Assembly (NCBI GenBank): GCA_032718475.1
Contig: JAUCBJ010000247.1
Location: forward strand, 1-36,623
Origin: Nemertoderma westbladi
Lineage: Eukaryota; Animalia; Xenacoelomorpha
DNA: 36,623 bases
Direction of reading: 5' to 3'
Position numbers and translations under genes: made by a program. This document shows, in pieces, positions 1 to 11,383 of this stretch; the stretch's first letter is position 1; every line of letters starts with the position of its first letter. A model generated the notes under the pieces. That model made no database searches. It was not told the origin of the DNA and was given only the letters and a program-made list of their open reading frames with translations.

Positions 1-584
1 GTATAACAACCTCGGCCTCGGTAGTTTGCAGTTTATATTTTGCTTCAGGTGAATACAGTAGGCCTACATCCGCATACCGCCTCTAAAACATAGAATAATA
101 ATAGTTTATGATATAACGAGTAATTTTTTTGGGGACAAGGGTTTTTCCCTAATTAAAACTGTCATGTAACCCTAAACCCTAAGTCACGGGGCTCTAAACT
201 AAGAAATTTTGTGGAATTGGCCCGAAGTGCCATTCGTAATGTATTCGAAATTCCATAAAATTCAGACGTTTCTGCCAGACGTAGCTGAATGAAAATTCCA
301 AGTTGTTGTATAGAATTTTATTGTAATTGTAATTGTAATAAATTTATTTTTGGTTGTGAAATTAAACACCGCGGAGAACTCAAAGAGCGCACCAGACTAA
401 AATCATAAATATACCTAACGATAATCAATGTAAACGATTTAAAAATATCAAAAAATATCAATTAACATTAAAGAAAATATCAAAGAATATCAATTAATAT
501 GGATCATTAAATACACAAATTAAGAATGATAAAAAAAGAAAGAAAACTAAAAATATAAGCGGAAAAATGTAATTTGTTTTAAAT

Positions 585-1480
585 TTATTTATGATGATGA
601 CATGCTGGGACAATGTCAATGAGAGAGTTTGACTGCCCAGACCGAATGGCAGTGTATCCCTGACAGCCAGGTTCGTCCGGGATTCTCGACTAAAACCTGT
701 CCAGACACGATTTGAATATTTCCAAGGAGCATCCGGATAGATCTCGGATGCTATTCGGAAGAGCATTGAGCAGTTTCGGTCCAAACACCGTGAAGCTCAT
801 CTCTACTAATGATTTTACTTTAGCGCTGATATTTCTTGGGAAAGGTAGAATCTTACAGGTCCGTCCTCTCCGCATACTATACACAGCTGTTATTGGCTAT
901 GCGCAAGTATTCGGCAGTATTTGTTCTAAAATCTTCCATTATATATATTATATTACATATCGTTCTCGACGTCTTTGCAATGAGTATATCTTAAGCTTTT
1001 TTAGTCGATCCCAGTAATTTTCATTACGTAGTCCTTTGATTTTTCGAGTGAATGCTCTCTGAATATCCTCTAATTTTTGGATGTCTGCCATATTTGTCGG
1101 GTTCCATAGCTAGCAGCAATACTCAAGACGTGACCTTATTAAACTTTGGAACAAAGTGGCCATTGTCAGACTATTACGGGTGTCGAATACACGAAGAATC
1201 CAAACTGCATAGAGCTGAGACCGCCCTCTATATAATGGTATTCTCCAAGTGGAAATGATGTTGTCTTGGAATTTGATTGAAGATATCGCATATACTCGAA
1301 TTTATCCCCATGCAGAGCCATGGCATTATCACTCGTCCATATATACAGTATATCGCATCTATGTCTACTTGAAGGCTATTATTTGGAGATGAAGGTGCAG
1401 TGATACGGGTGTCATCAAATGTTGAAACCTTATTAATAGAGTTTGAGTCTATGTCAGAGATCATCATATATGATAATAAT
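585..1480 (-). mobile_element. Decayed CR1/L2-group LINE, 3' part (RT C-terminus and tail)
   Basis: Minus-strand fragments ISDID..VSTFDDTRI (degenerate FADDT RT motif) and SFTVFGPKLLNALP..IRDLSGCSLEIFKSCLDRF resemble the CR1/L2 ORF2 C-terminus. Many frameshifts; (CAT)n/AAAT-type tail near 585-600. Confidence 0.7.
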
Positions 1481-1489
1481 AGAACTCGG

Positions 1490-2880
1490 CGTTTGTCATG
1501 TGTTGTCTCCAGCTGATGTTTAGGGCTGCCCTTAGTAGTCTTGTGTCACCCCCGTATAAAAGTACACTTTCCACTGTGGCTCAAAAGAACTTAGTCTTCA
1601 GGTGCCTGGAGAGATCTGATTTCCAGATGGTATCCATTTCTGATAGAGCTACCCAAGCCTTTGCTTTCCTAACTTCTATGTCCTTTTTGCTACTCTCTAT
1701 CCATGATCCAAGGTACTGCTGGAAGTCGTCAACCTTCCTTAGGTGATTATTATCAATTGTTGTCAAGTTTCCATTAGCATTAAAAGTCATGAATTCGGTC
1801 TCGGTAGCATTTATATGCAATCCAACCTCCTTGGCCAGCCCTCTCCACTTTATTCAGTAGAAGCTGTGCATCTGCTAGCGTATTAGAGAGCAGGGCGATG
1901 TCATCCGCAAAGTCGATGTCTGTGACTGTAGTTGCCGGATATCTACTACTTCTGCGTTCCTGAAGTATGAATCCCAGATCTTCACCCTTTGTGGCCGTCC
2001 TCATTGCATAATGCAGTACAATTACAAATAGTAATGTGTCACCTTGCAGTACGCCAGCCAGGATTACCTCTGGTATTCCATAAGCCCTTTGGATTTCCAC
2101 CATTTTACCTCTATTGATTGAGTCGAATGCTTTCTTGAAGTCCATAAAAGTCAGGAAGTGGGGAGATTCTTTGACTTAATTCCCTCAATCAGTCTCCGTA
2201 GCGCAAGTACAGTATATCTGAGCTATTGTTGATCTACAGTATTTGGTCGAAATCCATTTTGGCTCTTACGCAGCACTTTCTCTAGATGTGAGGTCTAATT
2301 CTACATAGAATCATTTTGTTGTATATTTTGGCAGCTACCACAAGCAGACAGACAGATCCCATGATAGTTTGTTGGTATACCGAGGTCTCCTTTCTTAGGG
2401 AGAGGCTTTAGTTGACCTTTAGTCCAAATTGGTGGTGGCTTTTCCGACCAGATTCAGATACCTCATTTACAGTTTGCCAGGTAAGTCTTGATTGTTGCTG
2501 AATGTGAGCAGTTGTAATTTCTTAAATCGTGTCCTGTATGTACTTTTCCTGGCTGATGTTGTAGGCCAATTTAAGATCGTCCTTAGCTTTCTCAACATTG
2601 TTAATGTTTTCGGTTGTTGGTTGTTCGGTTTTAACTTTGTAGGCTATCTTAAGATCTTCTCTCTTACAAGTAACCTCAGAGTTTTGCCATTGCACATACT
2701 GTTTTCGTTTGGGTTTCGGGGGATATGTCTCTTGGCTGATTCCTTGTGAGCTTTTATTATATTCTGGTACTGTATATTGAATCGGTAGACTGGTCTTCAT
2801 CCATTGACTGAAGTACTTCCAAGCGGTTTTGAACTTCAACTGTGTAAGCATCCTTTACTGCATTGTCAGTTAGTAAGACG
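1490..2880 (-). mobile_element. Decayed RTE-like non-LTR retrotransposon (RT region)
   Basis: Motifs QNGFRP(N)RSTIAQILALRRLIEG (recovered after removing two micro-insertions), DFKKAFDSI, GVLQGDTL, DIDFADDIALLS and FQQYLGSWI; stops and frameshifts throughout. Confidence 0.85.
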
Positions 2881-2959
2881 ACGTGTATTACACCGGTACG
2901 TAGATTTAGTTGCAGTTTCACTTTATGCCTCTCAGATTTAAAATACGTAGTTTAATCGG

Positions 2960-5210
2960 TTTATTCCCAAACTTACTAAAAGTTGAATTGTTTTGCATTG
3001 ATGGCAATGCATTGTTTTTGTTGGCACCCAATTCAAGAAGCGAACTGGAAAGCTATGGACTCATACTACAGTATGGTCCCAGTTCTCACAAGTCCCAGAT
3101 AGACCATAATTCTATCGAATGAATGCACTACAAGACTGAAGTGCATTTACACTTCGACCATTCTCCAGTTATCATCGCCTTATTGTGTGTGGCCAAGGTA
3201 AAGACTTAGTCGGCGCGCTACGAAATCTGCCTTGTAGCGGCATGACTGGTGCTCTCTGTTGCAACAGCCAAGTGTTAGATCCAGCTTCACACTAAAGCTG
3301 AGCAACAGGTACGAGGTTCTCGCCTCTGAGGCAACAGATCACTGCGAGCAGTGCGAGGGATATACTGCCTTCACAGAAGCAGTTAAGTTAGCAGCTGCAG
3401 AAACAGTTCCTGTATACCCTCGAAACAGGAGAAATGGCCCCCTGGACTGACCACAGAATTCGGAAATGCCGAAATGACCTTTATAAGGCGCAGCAGAAAT
3501 AGTCCCGCTGGCTCGGGCACGCTAGGTCAACCAGGAATGCTGTTAAGGATTCATCTAGGTCCCTTAACAGGCAGTACTCTGATAATCTGTCAATCTTATA
3601 AATAAACAGGTTGATGCCATTAACAAAGCTAATCATAGCAGGCAATCAGCCCAGGCATGGCAATGAATAAACCTGCTCACTGGGAGGAAAAGCCAACCAA
3701 CCACCAAGGTTAAGGCTGAATCTCTATCTGAACGCCTCAATGGTTGGAGGTCCACTTTGCGAAGCTTCTAAACAATTACAAGGTATTGCCGGATAACTTT
3801 GAGGTACATCATGTATCTGAGTCTGTGCTCACAGATATCCCCATTGGTAACATCTCCTTTCCTGAAATCTAGACTGCAGCTAGGAGCATCAAGACCAATC
3901 GTGCCAGTGGAGTATATGGCGTGCCCCCTGAGGTCTCATTCATCCCACTATCGTTGACATGTATAGGACAAAGAGGTCCCCTGAAGAAATGAAAACAAAT
4001 AAGTTGGCCCCAGCCCCAAAGTAGGGCAACCTAACAACATGCAGAGCTTGCTGAGAATTGCTGCAAAGCTATACAATTGAATTATATTAAATATTATCAA
4101 GGATCGTGATGAGAAACTGTTACGTGGGAACCAAAATAGGCTCCGTAAAGGTCGTACAGTCGTACAATTTCGGCGCCTCGAAGGATAATCGAAGACAAAT
4201 CAACAAAGCTGGCTATTATCTTTGTTGACTTCTTTAAAGCTTTGGAGTCAGTCTCCCGACCACGTATGTTCGGCATACTTGCAGTATATGGAATTCCTGC
4301 GGAAATTATTACAGCTATCAGATCAGATGGTTCCACCACATTTGTGTCTACTGCTGATGGTGACACAGATCTATTCGAGTCTTATGGGGAGCCCTTCCGG
4401 GTGATACACTTGCACCATTATTATTCTAATTATGGATGAGTATGTTCTTAGACCATCTTAATAAAGTGGGGCTGATGGAAACACCCCGTACTGGCACAAG
4501 AAGTAGAAGAAATCCAGCAAAGTACCTTACTGATCAAGACTTTGCTGAATTCTTTGCTGAATTGGATTGTCAGAATCACTAGAAGGAGCCCAAAGGCTCC
4601 TCTGTTCATTGGAGCAGGTTGCTTCTACTGTTGGTCTTTTTGTAAAATACAAGAAGACCAAAATTATTTCAGTGAACCTGGACACCAAGAAATGTCTGAT
4701 TGTATGCATGGTCAGCTCAGCATTGAATAGTCTATCCAGGATTTGTAAGTCCCATCGAATAAAACTTAATCTCAAGATTCGATTATTTAGGGCAGCAGTA
4801 GTGCCAGTACTCTTCTAGGGGAGTCCATGCTGGGCTCTTACTGCAGAGGATACCTAATATCTGGATGTTACTTCTACAAGAATGCTGAGCCATCAAGTAC
4901 AATGAACACATCTCCAATCAGACTCTATACAACATTGGAGGTGTTCAATTAGTCTCCCCTAGCTTGACACTTGAGCGGAACCACCGCCTCCGCTTTGCAG
5001 GACATTGCTTTCGCCGTGGGGACCAGTCAGTGCATAATCTTGTTCTTTGGCGTCCCCATAAGCATGGTGGAGAGCCGATGACTTTCTTGAGACGCCTCTT
5101 AAAGGACACTGGCCTTGAAGATGCGGATGATCTAGCAAATGTCATGGGTGATAGGGAGCTGAGGCCGCACAATTTTGTCGACAAGCCGGCACAGCATTCT
5201 TAATATATAT
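2960..5210 (+). mobile_element. Second decayed RTE-like LINE (endonuclease remnant, RT and C-terminus), head-to-head with the first
   Basis: SQIDH endonuclease-end motif near 3095; FVDFFKALESVSR..ILAVYGIP near 4220-4280; LKIRLFRAAVVPVLF near 4770-4815; HRLRFAGHCFR near 4980-5015. Heavily frameshifted. Confidence 0.75.
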
Positions 5211-5405
5211 GTAATATGCAGTATATAATGCAGCTGTAATTAAGCATGCCGATAGAAGTAAAACTACTGTACTACTAAATTACTACTTACTAGTAACTAA
5301 TACACGTATATTTATAACAATTAATGGGCCGACGAATAATTAATAAATTTGCATTATTGCTCAACCCAATTTCAAATTCCCCCAGATTCCAGGGCTCTTT
5401 TTTAT

Positions 5406-6857
5406 AAAGGTATAGTAGGCCCTATACAAAGGTATAGTAGGCCCTACACAAAGGTATAGTAGGCCCTACACAAAGGTATAGTAGGCCCTACACAAAGGTA
5501 TAGTGGGCCCTACACAAAGGTATAGTAGGCCCGACACAAAGGTATAGTAGGCCCTACACAAAGGTATAGTAGGCCCTACACAAAGGTATAGTAGGCCCTA
5601 CACAAAGGTAATGTAGGCCCTACACAAAGGTATAGTAGGCCCTACACAAAGGTATAGTAGGCCCTACACAAAGGTATAGTAGGCCCTACACAAAGGTATA
5701 TTAGGCCCTACACAAAGGTATAGTAGGCCCTACACAAAGGTATAGTAGGCCCTACACAAAGGTATAGTAGGCCCTACACAAAGGTATAGTAGGCCCTACA
5801 CAAAGGTATAGTAGGCCCTACACAAAGGTATAGTAGGCCCTACACAAAGGTATAGTGGGCCCTACACAAAGGTATAGTAGGCCCGACACAAAGGTATAGT
5901 AGGCCCTACGTAAAGGTATTGTAGGCCCTACACAAAGGTATAGTAGGCCCTACACAAAGGTAATGTAGGCCCTACACAAAGGTATAGTAGGCCCTACACA
6001 AAAGTATAGTAGGCCCTACACAAAGGTATAGTAGGCCCTACACAAAGGTATATTAGGCCCTACACAAAGGTATAGTAGGCCCTACACAAAGGTATAGTAG
6101 GCCCTACACAAAGGTATAGTAGGCCCTACACAAAGGTTTAGTAGGCCCTACACAAAGGTATAGTAGGCCCTACACAAAGGTATAGTAGGCCCTATACAAA
6201 GGTATAGTAGGCCCTACACAAAGGTATAGTAGGCCCTACACAAAGGTATAGTAGGCCCTACACAAAGGTATAGTAGGCCCTACACAAAGGTATAGTAGGC
6301 CCTACACAAAGGTATAGTAGGCCCTACACAAAGGTATAGTAGGCCCTACACAAAGGTATAGTAGGCCCTACACAAAGGTATGGTAGGCCCTATACAAAGG
6401 TAGAGTAGGCCCTACACAAAGGTATAGTAGGCCCTCCACAAAGGTATAGTAGGCCCTATACAAAGGTAGAGTAGGCCCTACACAAAGGTATAGTAGGCCC
6501 TACACAAGGGTATAGTAGGCCCTACACAAAGGTATAGTAGGCCCTATACAAAGGTATAGTAGGCCCTATACAAAGGTATAGTAGGCCCTACACAAAGATA
6601 TATTAGGCCCTACACAAAGGTATAGTAGGCCCTACACAAAGATATAGTAGGCCCTATACAAAGGTATAGTAGCCCTACACAAAGGTATAGTAGGCCCTAT
6701 ACAAAGGTATAGTAGGCCCTACACAAAGGTATAGTAGGCCCTACACAAAGGTATAGAAGGCCCTACACAAAGGAATAGTAGGCCCTACACAAAGGAATAG
6801 TAGGCCCTACACAAAGGTATAGTAGGCCCTACACAAAGGTATAGTAGGCCCTACACA
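5406..6857. repeat. 22-bp tandem satellite (ACACAAAGGTATAGTAGGCCCT)n, about 66 units
   Basis: Read directly. Variant units recur at a 352-bp (16-unit) offset. Confidence 0.97.
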
Positions 6858-7336
6858 TTTCTTTGGAGACAAACGTATAGTAGGCCCTACACATTTCATT
6901 GGAGACAAAGGTACACATTTCTTGAGAGCGGCTTGATGAAATTGGCTGAAATTTTTTGTGGTAATCTATTGTTATCCCCGATGTATTTGGTACTAGAATC
7001 TAGGCAATCAAAATATGTAAACATCTTTTTAACATGTTTTTTTTATAAAAATAACTTATTTTTTCTAAAAAATGCCATTTAAGATCACAAAAGGTGCAAT
7101 ATTATACGAAAAATTGTCCCCCTGTGAAAAATTGTAGTACCAGACTACCATATACTACTGTACCTATAAACGTTGTGTAAAAGTTTGAGATGAAACCACC
7201 AAAGGCGTTTCGAGAAAGATGTACCTTTATTTTATTTTGAAAGTCATTTTTACCGGTACTACTGTAGGTACATTATCACCTTAACACAATTATATAATAA
7301 CGCCGTCCCCGCGTCCATTTATGATATAAGTCCGCT

Positions 7337-8600
7337 TGGATCTAAGTTCTTGCTTTGCTGTACCGGTACCGTACTCGGTACAACACGACCGCGTTACAGT
7401 ACGTTTTATCTCATTGTACAGGCTGACTGCATTCTGCAAGATAAATTTCCGAATTCAGGAAGGTAAAACGAACTTAGATCCTGCAAGGCCCGACTTTGGT
7501 GAACTTAGATCTTTGCGAACTTAGGTCCTATATATGCGAACGTAGATCCTATCTGGGTGAACTTAGATTATAACTGGGTGAACTTAGATCCTATCTAGGT
7601 GAAATCAGATCCTAACTAGATGAACTTAGATCCTACCTAGGTGAACTTAGATCCTAACTGGGCGAACTTAGATCCTAACTAGGTGAACTTAGATCCTAAC
7701 TCGGTGATCTTAGATCCTAACTAGATGAACTTAGATCCTCACTAGGTGAACTTAGATCCTCACTAGGAAAATTTAGATCTTAACCAGGTGAACTTAGATC
7801 CTAACTAGGTGAACTTAGATCCTAACTAGATGAACTTAGATCCTACCTGGGTGAACTTAGATCCTATCTGGGTGAACTTAGATCCTAACTAGGTGAACTT
7901 AGATCCTAACTAGGTGAAATTAGATCCTAACTAGATGAACTTAGATCCTACCTAGGTGAACTTAGATCCTAACTAGGTGAACTTAGATCCTCACAAGATG
8001 AACTTAGATCCTACCTAGGTGATCTTAGATCCTAACTAGGTGAACTTAGATCCTAACTAGGTGAACTTAGATCCTAACTAGGAGAACTGATCCCAGTTTA
8101 TGCTATTAAAAGCCTTTGGTAATCATCATGCTAATCGCGAAGCAAACTTAGATCCAAAGCAAAGCGAACTTAGATCTTAGGTGAATTTAGAACCCAATTT
8201 ATACAAATTCCTTTGTCCACGCTAGAGGAGAAGCGAACTTAGATCACGGTGTACTCTGCGCTGGCCGCGTTCTATCGATATTACAGTATTGTACTCTGTT
8301 ACATAGTAAGCATATAAAAGTAATTTCGAGCTAATTCGTTGCAATGTTTTATGGTGGTAAGGATCTAAGTTCGTTTCCCTTCAAGCGTGATATATTTACA
8401 GTAAAGGTCTGCTGGCATGGGAATGACATCTTTCACATACACTGAATTAACACAGCTACGGTACAGCAATATATGCAAGGTGGGATCTAAGTTCGTATGT
8501 TGGGGATCTAAGTCCTTATGGCAATATGGGAAGGATCTATGTTCGTATGCTGATATGTGAAGGATCTAAGTTCGCCCAATATCTAAGTTCGTTCCGGATC
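7337..8600. mobile_element. Foldback-like non-autonomous element built on GAACTTAGATCC motifs, with an internal 21-bp tandem array
   Basis: (GAACTTAGATCCTAACTAGGT)n at about 7558-8090; dispersed forward copies 7468-8245; reverse-complement copies GGATCTAAGTTC at 8360-8590 and 7338. Exact termini and TSD not resolved. Confidence 0.6.
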
Positions 8601-8806
8601 TAAGGGGCTCTAGGATCTAAAGCCGGGGAAACATAACCATACCTGCATACCAGAATACAGGAATACTGGAATACCGGTAGGCCTACTGCATGCAGAACTG
8701 TCTGACTGTAATACTGTAATAACCAGAATCGATACAAGGATACCCAGCCCAGATACCAGAATTTGGAATTCAGTGCTGCAGTCGTAGTGGGACGCGCTAT
8801 GCAATA

Positions 8807-9087
8807 ATGGACGGCGGTGATGCCATTATTTACGATGGTGACTTTAAACATAGGAAACATCTTGCATTTCTCCAACGTTTTCTAAAAATTGTGCCTTTTC
8901 ATATGGTCGCTTTGGATACCAACCAATTGACTGTAGCATATTTTGTGGTTGTTGGAATTGATATTCTGGGGAAATTAGATGATGCATTCACTGCTGAAGA
9001 AAAAGATCGAATAATAAATTGGGTCTATGATCTCCAAATATTACCGGTACCGGTACCCAGTGGAAATACAGGAAATAATGATATAAG
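8807..9087 (+). CDS. PGGT1B: Geranylgeranyltransferase type-I beta subunit, exon 1
   Basis: KHLAFLQRFL..DTNQLTVAYF..GIDILGKL..IINWVYDLQILP matches the GGTase-I beta N-terminus. Donor AG|GTTTGT at 9087/9088; exon is 281 nt (phase 2). Confidence 0.88.
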
Positions 9088-9131
9088 GTTTGTGCTCTGC
9101 AGCTCTGCTCTAGGCCTACCTCACCTGTCTA

Positions 9132-10188
9132 CCCGATTTCAAAGTATGTGCAATCTCATGGATGGATATATCAGGCGCAGAAAATTTTGGTCAGGCGCAT
9201 AAATTTTGGGGTCAAGCGCCAGGCGCAAGTCAGGTACAAGCGCAGGTGCAATGTGCAAGCGCAGACTTAGCAGCTTAGTGCTGAAGATATGAAAGGATAC
9301 GCATACGGCAGTACGGTAATAATCAGCTCTAGGCCTACTAATTTTACATTTATCTATTAATAAATTGTTACGGTAGCTCATTAGTCATTGTTTCAGTATT
9401 TGTAATGTTAAATGAAGATGGACAGATGGACACACTACAACACGTACTACAACACATAGACAGACAATACTACAGTACTGGAATACCTACACAAATACAA
9501 GTCTGTTTTAATTAGCCTAATTCATATTTCATATCCGAGTCCATCGAATCCATCGTGTCCGAGTTCGCTCGACCTAGTAGTAGTAGTGTAGTAGTATATT
9601 TCATATAACATAATAACTATTTACATACTTGTGTGTAAAGTAGCACTTTACAGTGTGATGATCCGAGCCGAGTGGCTTTGTTACACGAACGAACGTTAGT
9701 GAGTGAGAGAAAATAAAGCCACGAGGGTCAGAAAACACTGTAAAGTACTTTGCAACAAGTATGTAGGCCCTATGTAGTTTTATTCCAAAATTGTAACATT
9801 ACGAAATGATTGTGTATATATTATAAGTGATAGAAACTGCACAAATTAAATTAGTTGCTGTATAAATAAATGTAAAAATGACATAAATTATGTTATATAT
9901 AAGTTAGCTTATATTTATGGTGGCGTTTGGAGCCATGTTTTATGTTATAATAATATAGGATAGCTAGGCCTACTCAGAATCCATGTCAGCAGGTGCCAGG
10001 CGCAGAATTTAAATCCCGGACTGCCGGGCCCAGGTGCCAGGTGCAATTTTTTTTGTTCAAGTGCATAATTTTTGACTCAGACGCAGAAAAACATTGTTCA
10101 AGCGCAGAATTTTTGACTCAGGTGCAGAAATATGCGCTTGAAGTACAGGTCCAGGCTCGGCGCAGGTTTGCCATATTTTGAAATCTGG
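9132..10188. mobile_element. Non-autonomous DNA transposon (1057 bp) in the PGGT1B intron, 8-bp TSD
   Basis: Left TIR CCCGATTTCAAAGTATGTGCAA; right TIR reverse complement CCAGATTTCAAAATATGGCAA. TSD CCTGTCTA at 9124-9131 and 10189-10196. Subterminal CAGGCGCAG repeats at both ends. Confidence 0.85.
9622..9765. repeat. Long imperfect palindrome nested in the TIR element (MITE-like fragment)
   Basis: Nested arms TACATACTTG/CAAGTATGTA, CTTTACAGTGT/ACACTGTAAAG and GTGGCTTT/AAAGCCAC. Confidence 0.7.
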
Positions 10189-10310
10189 CCTGTCTACCTA
10201 CCGTACCCGTGCGGGGTAATCAGGAAATTACTTTCACACACCTGCACACCCCACCTGCCACCTCCTCAGCTCCTGTGGTCAGGTGGTTGGTTAAAGATAG
10301 GCCTACAATG

Positions 10311-11383
10311 ACGGGTGCTTAGATCGTGGCTTTTCCAGTTTACATTATTCCGCGTTACATTATTATAAATATAAATTAAATATTTATATAGTTACATATT
10401 AAATATTTATATAAATATAAATATATATATTTATTCCATAAATATATAAAACAAGCGATGTGGTTGGAGAAACCTGCTAAGGGCTGCTACTAAGCAGCAA
10501 CCAATCACGTTAATCATGTTTAACACATAGTCAATGAGAATGGAATATTGCTAACTTAAAAAAGTTCAGGTCACCATTATTCCAAAGTAATCAGATATTA
10601 TAAATTTTAGGCTATATGAATTTGAGTACGCTCTTGTACATGTACAATCAGTTGCTTTAAAGGGAAATGGTTTAGTGTCGTTGTCTACGGTGGCTGATAT
10701 TTGCCAATTAATTTATTTTTTTATTTTTTTTTCAGAAGTTCACCATGTTGCCATGACGTCATAAATTATGGTCGACCATAAATTATGACGTCATGGAGAA
10801 CTTCTGAAAAAAAAAAATATAATAAATAAATTACCGGGTAGCCTAATTGGCAAAGATCAGCCACCGTAGTTGTCGGTTCTATTATTTTTTTTGTTTGTGA
10901 CTCGATAACGCAGAGGTTATTGAGTAGGTACTTCGTATCTCATAAATTACATTCCACTACGTTTTTAATCGTCTCATTACTGCTCCCATGGTTTCGCTTA
11001 CAGTGTGTTACAATGTATATTTAGGTTAGGCCCCTATATTTTGTTGAGTAAGTATTAATCTGTTAATACAACCCGGGAAGCTACAACAATTATAGTTTGC
11101 CGTTTTCATTATGCAAAGTCAAATTCAGCTATCTACAGTATGTAATGTACTCTAACTCACAGGACTACACGACTACACCATATAGACTTTACAGGACACA
11201 TGACACATGCGCGTGCGCCAGTCCTAACTTAACGTGTACACTGTACAACAAATAATAAATTACATTACATAGACTACCATGAGAAAGAAGGCCCCTTTAA
11301 AGGCTTAAAGTATTGAATTTACAAACATGTTTTATACAATATGGAATAATGTTAAATGGAAAAGCCACGATCTAAGCACCGGT
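10311..11383. mobile_element. Second non-autonomous TIR element (about 1.07 kb) in the PGGT1B intron
   Basis: About 40-bp inverted repeats GGTGCTTAGATCGTGGCTTTTCCA-TT-ACATTATTCC, starting at 10314 and ending at 11380. CCTACAATG at 10302-10310 and 11391-11399 may be a TSD displaced by a later micro-insertion. Confidence 0.75.
10685..10869. mobile_element. 185-bp palindromic MITE nested in the second element
   Basis: Ends CTACGGTGGCTGAT...ATCAGCCACCGTAG; near-complete hairpin centred on GTCGAC (10771-10776); TTGT on both flanks (10681-10684 and 10870-10873). Confidence 0.8.

Noticed and set aside
5406-8250. 22-bp and 21-bp arrays as CRISPR arrays
   Set aside because: Units are head-to-tail with no unique spacers, there are no cas genes, and the context is eukaryotic.
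9088-9202. Continuation of the 131-aa ORF past the donor site
   Set aside because: Similarity to GGTase-I beta stops at the GT donor and the frame runs into an intronic transposon.
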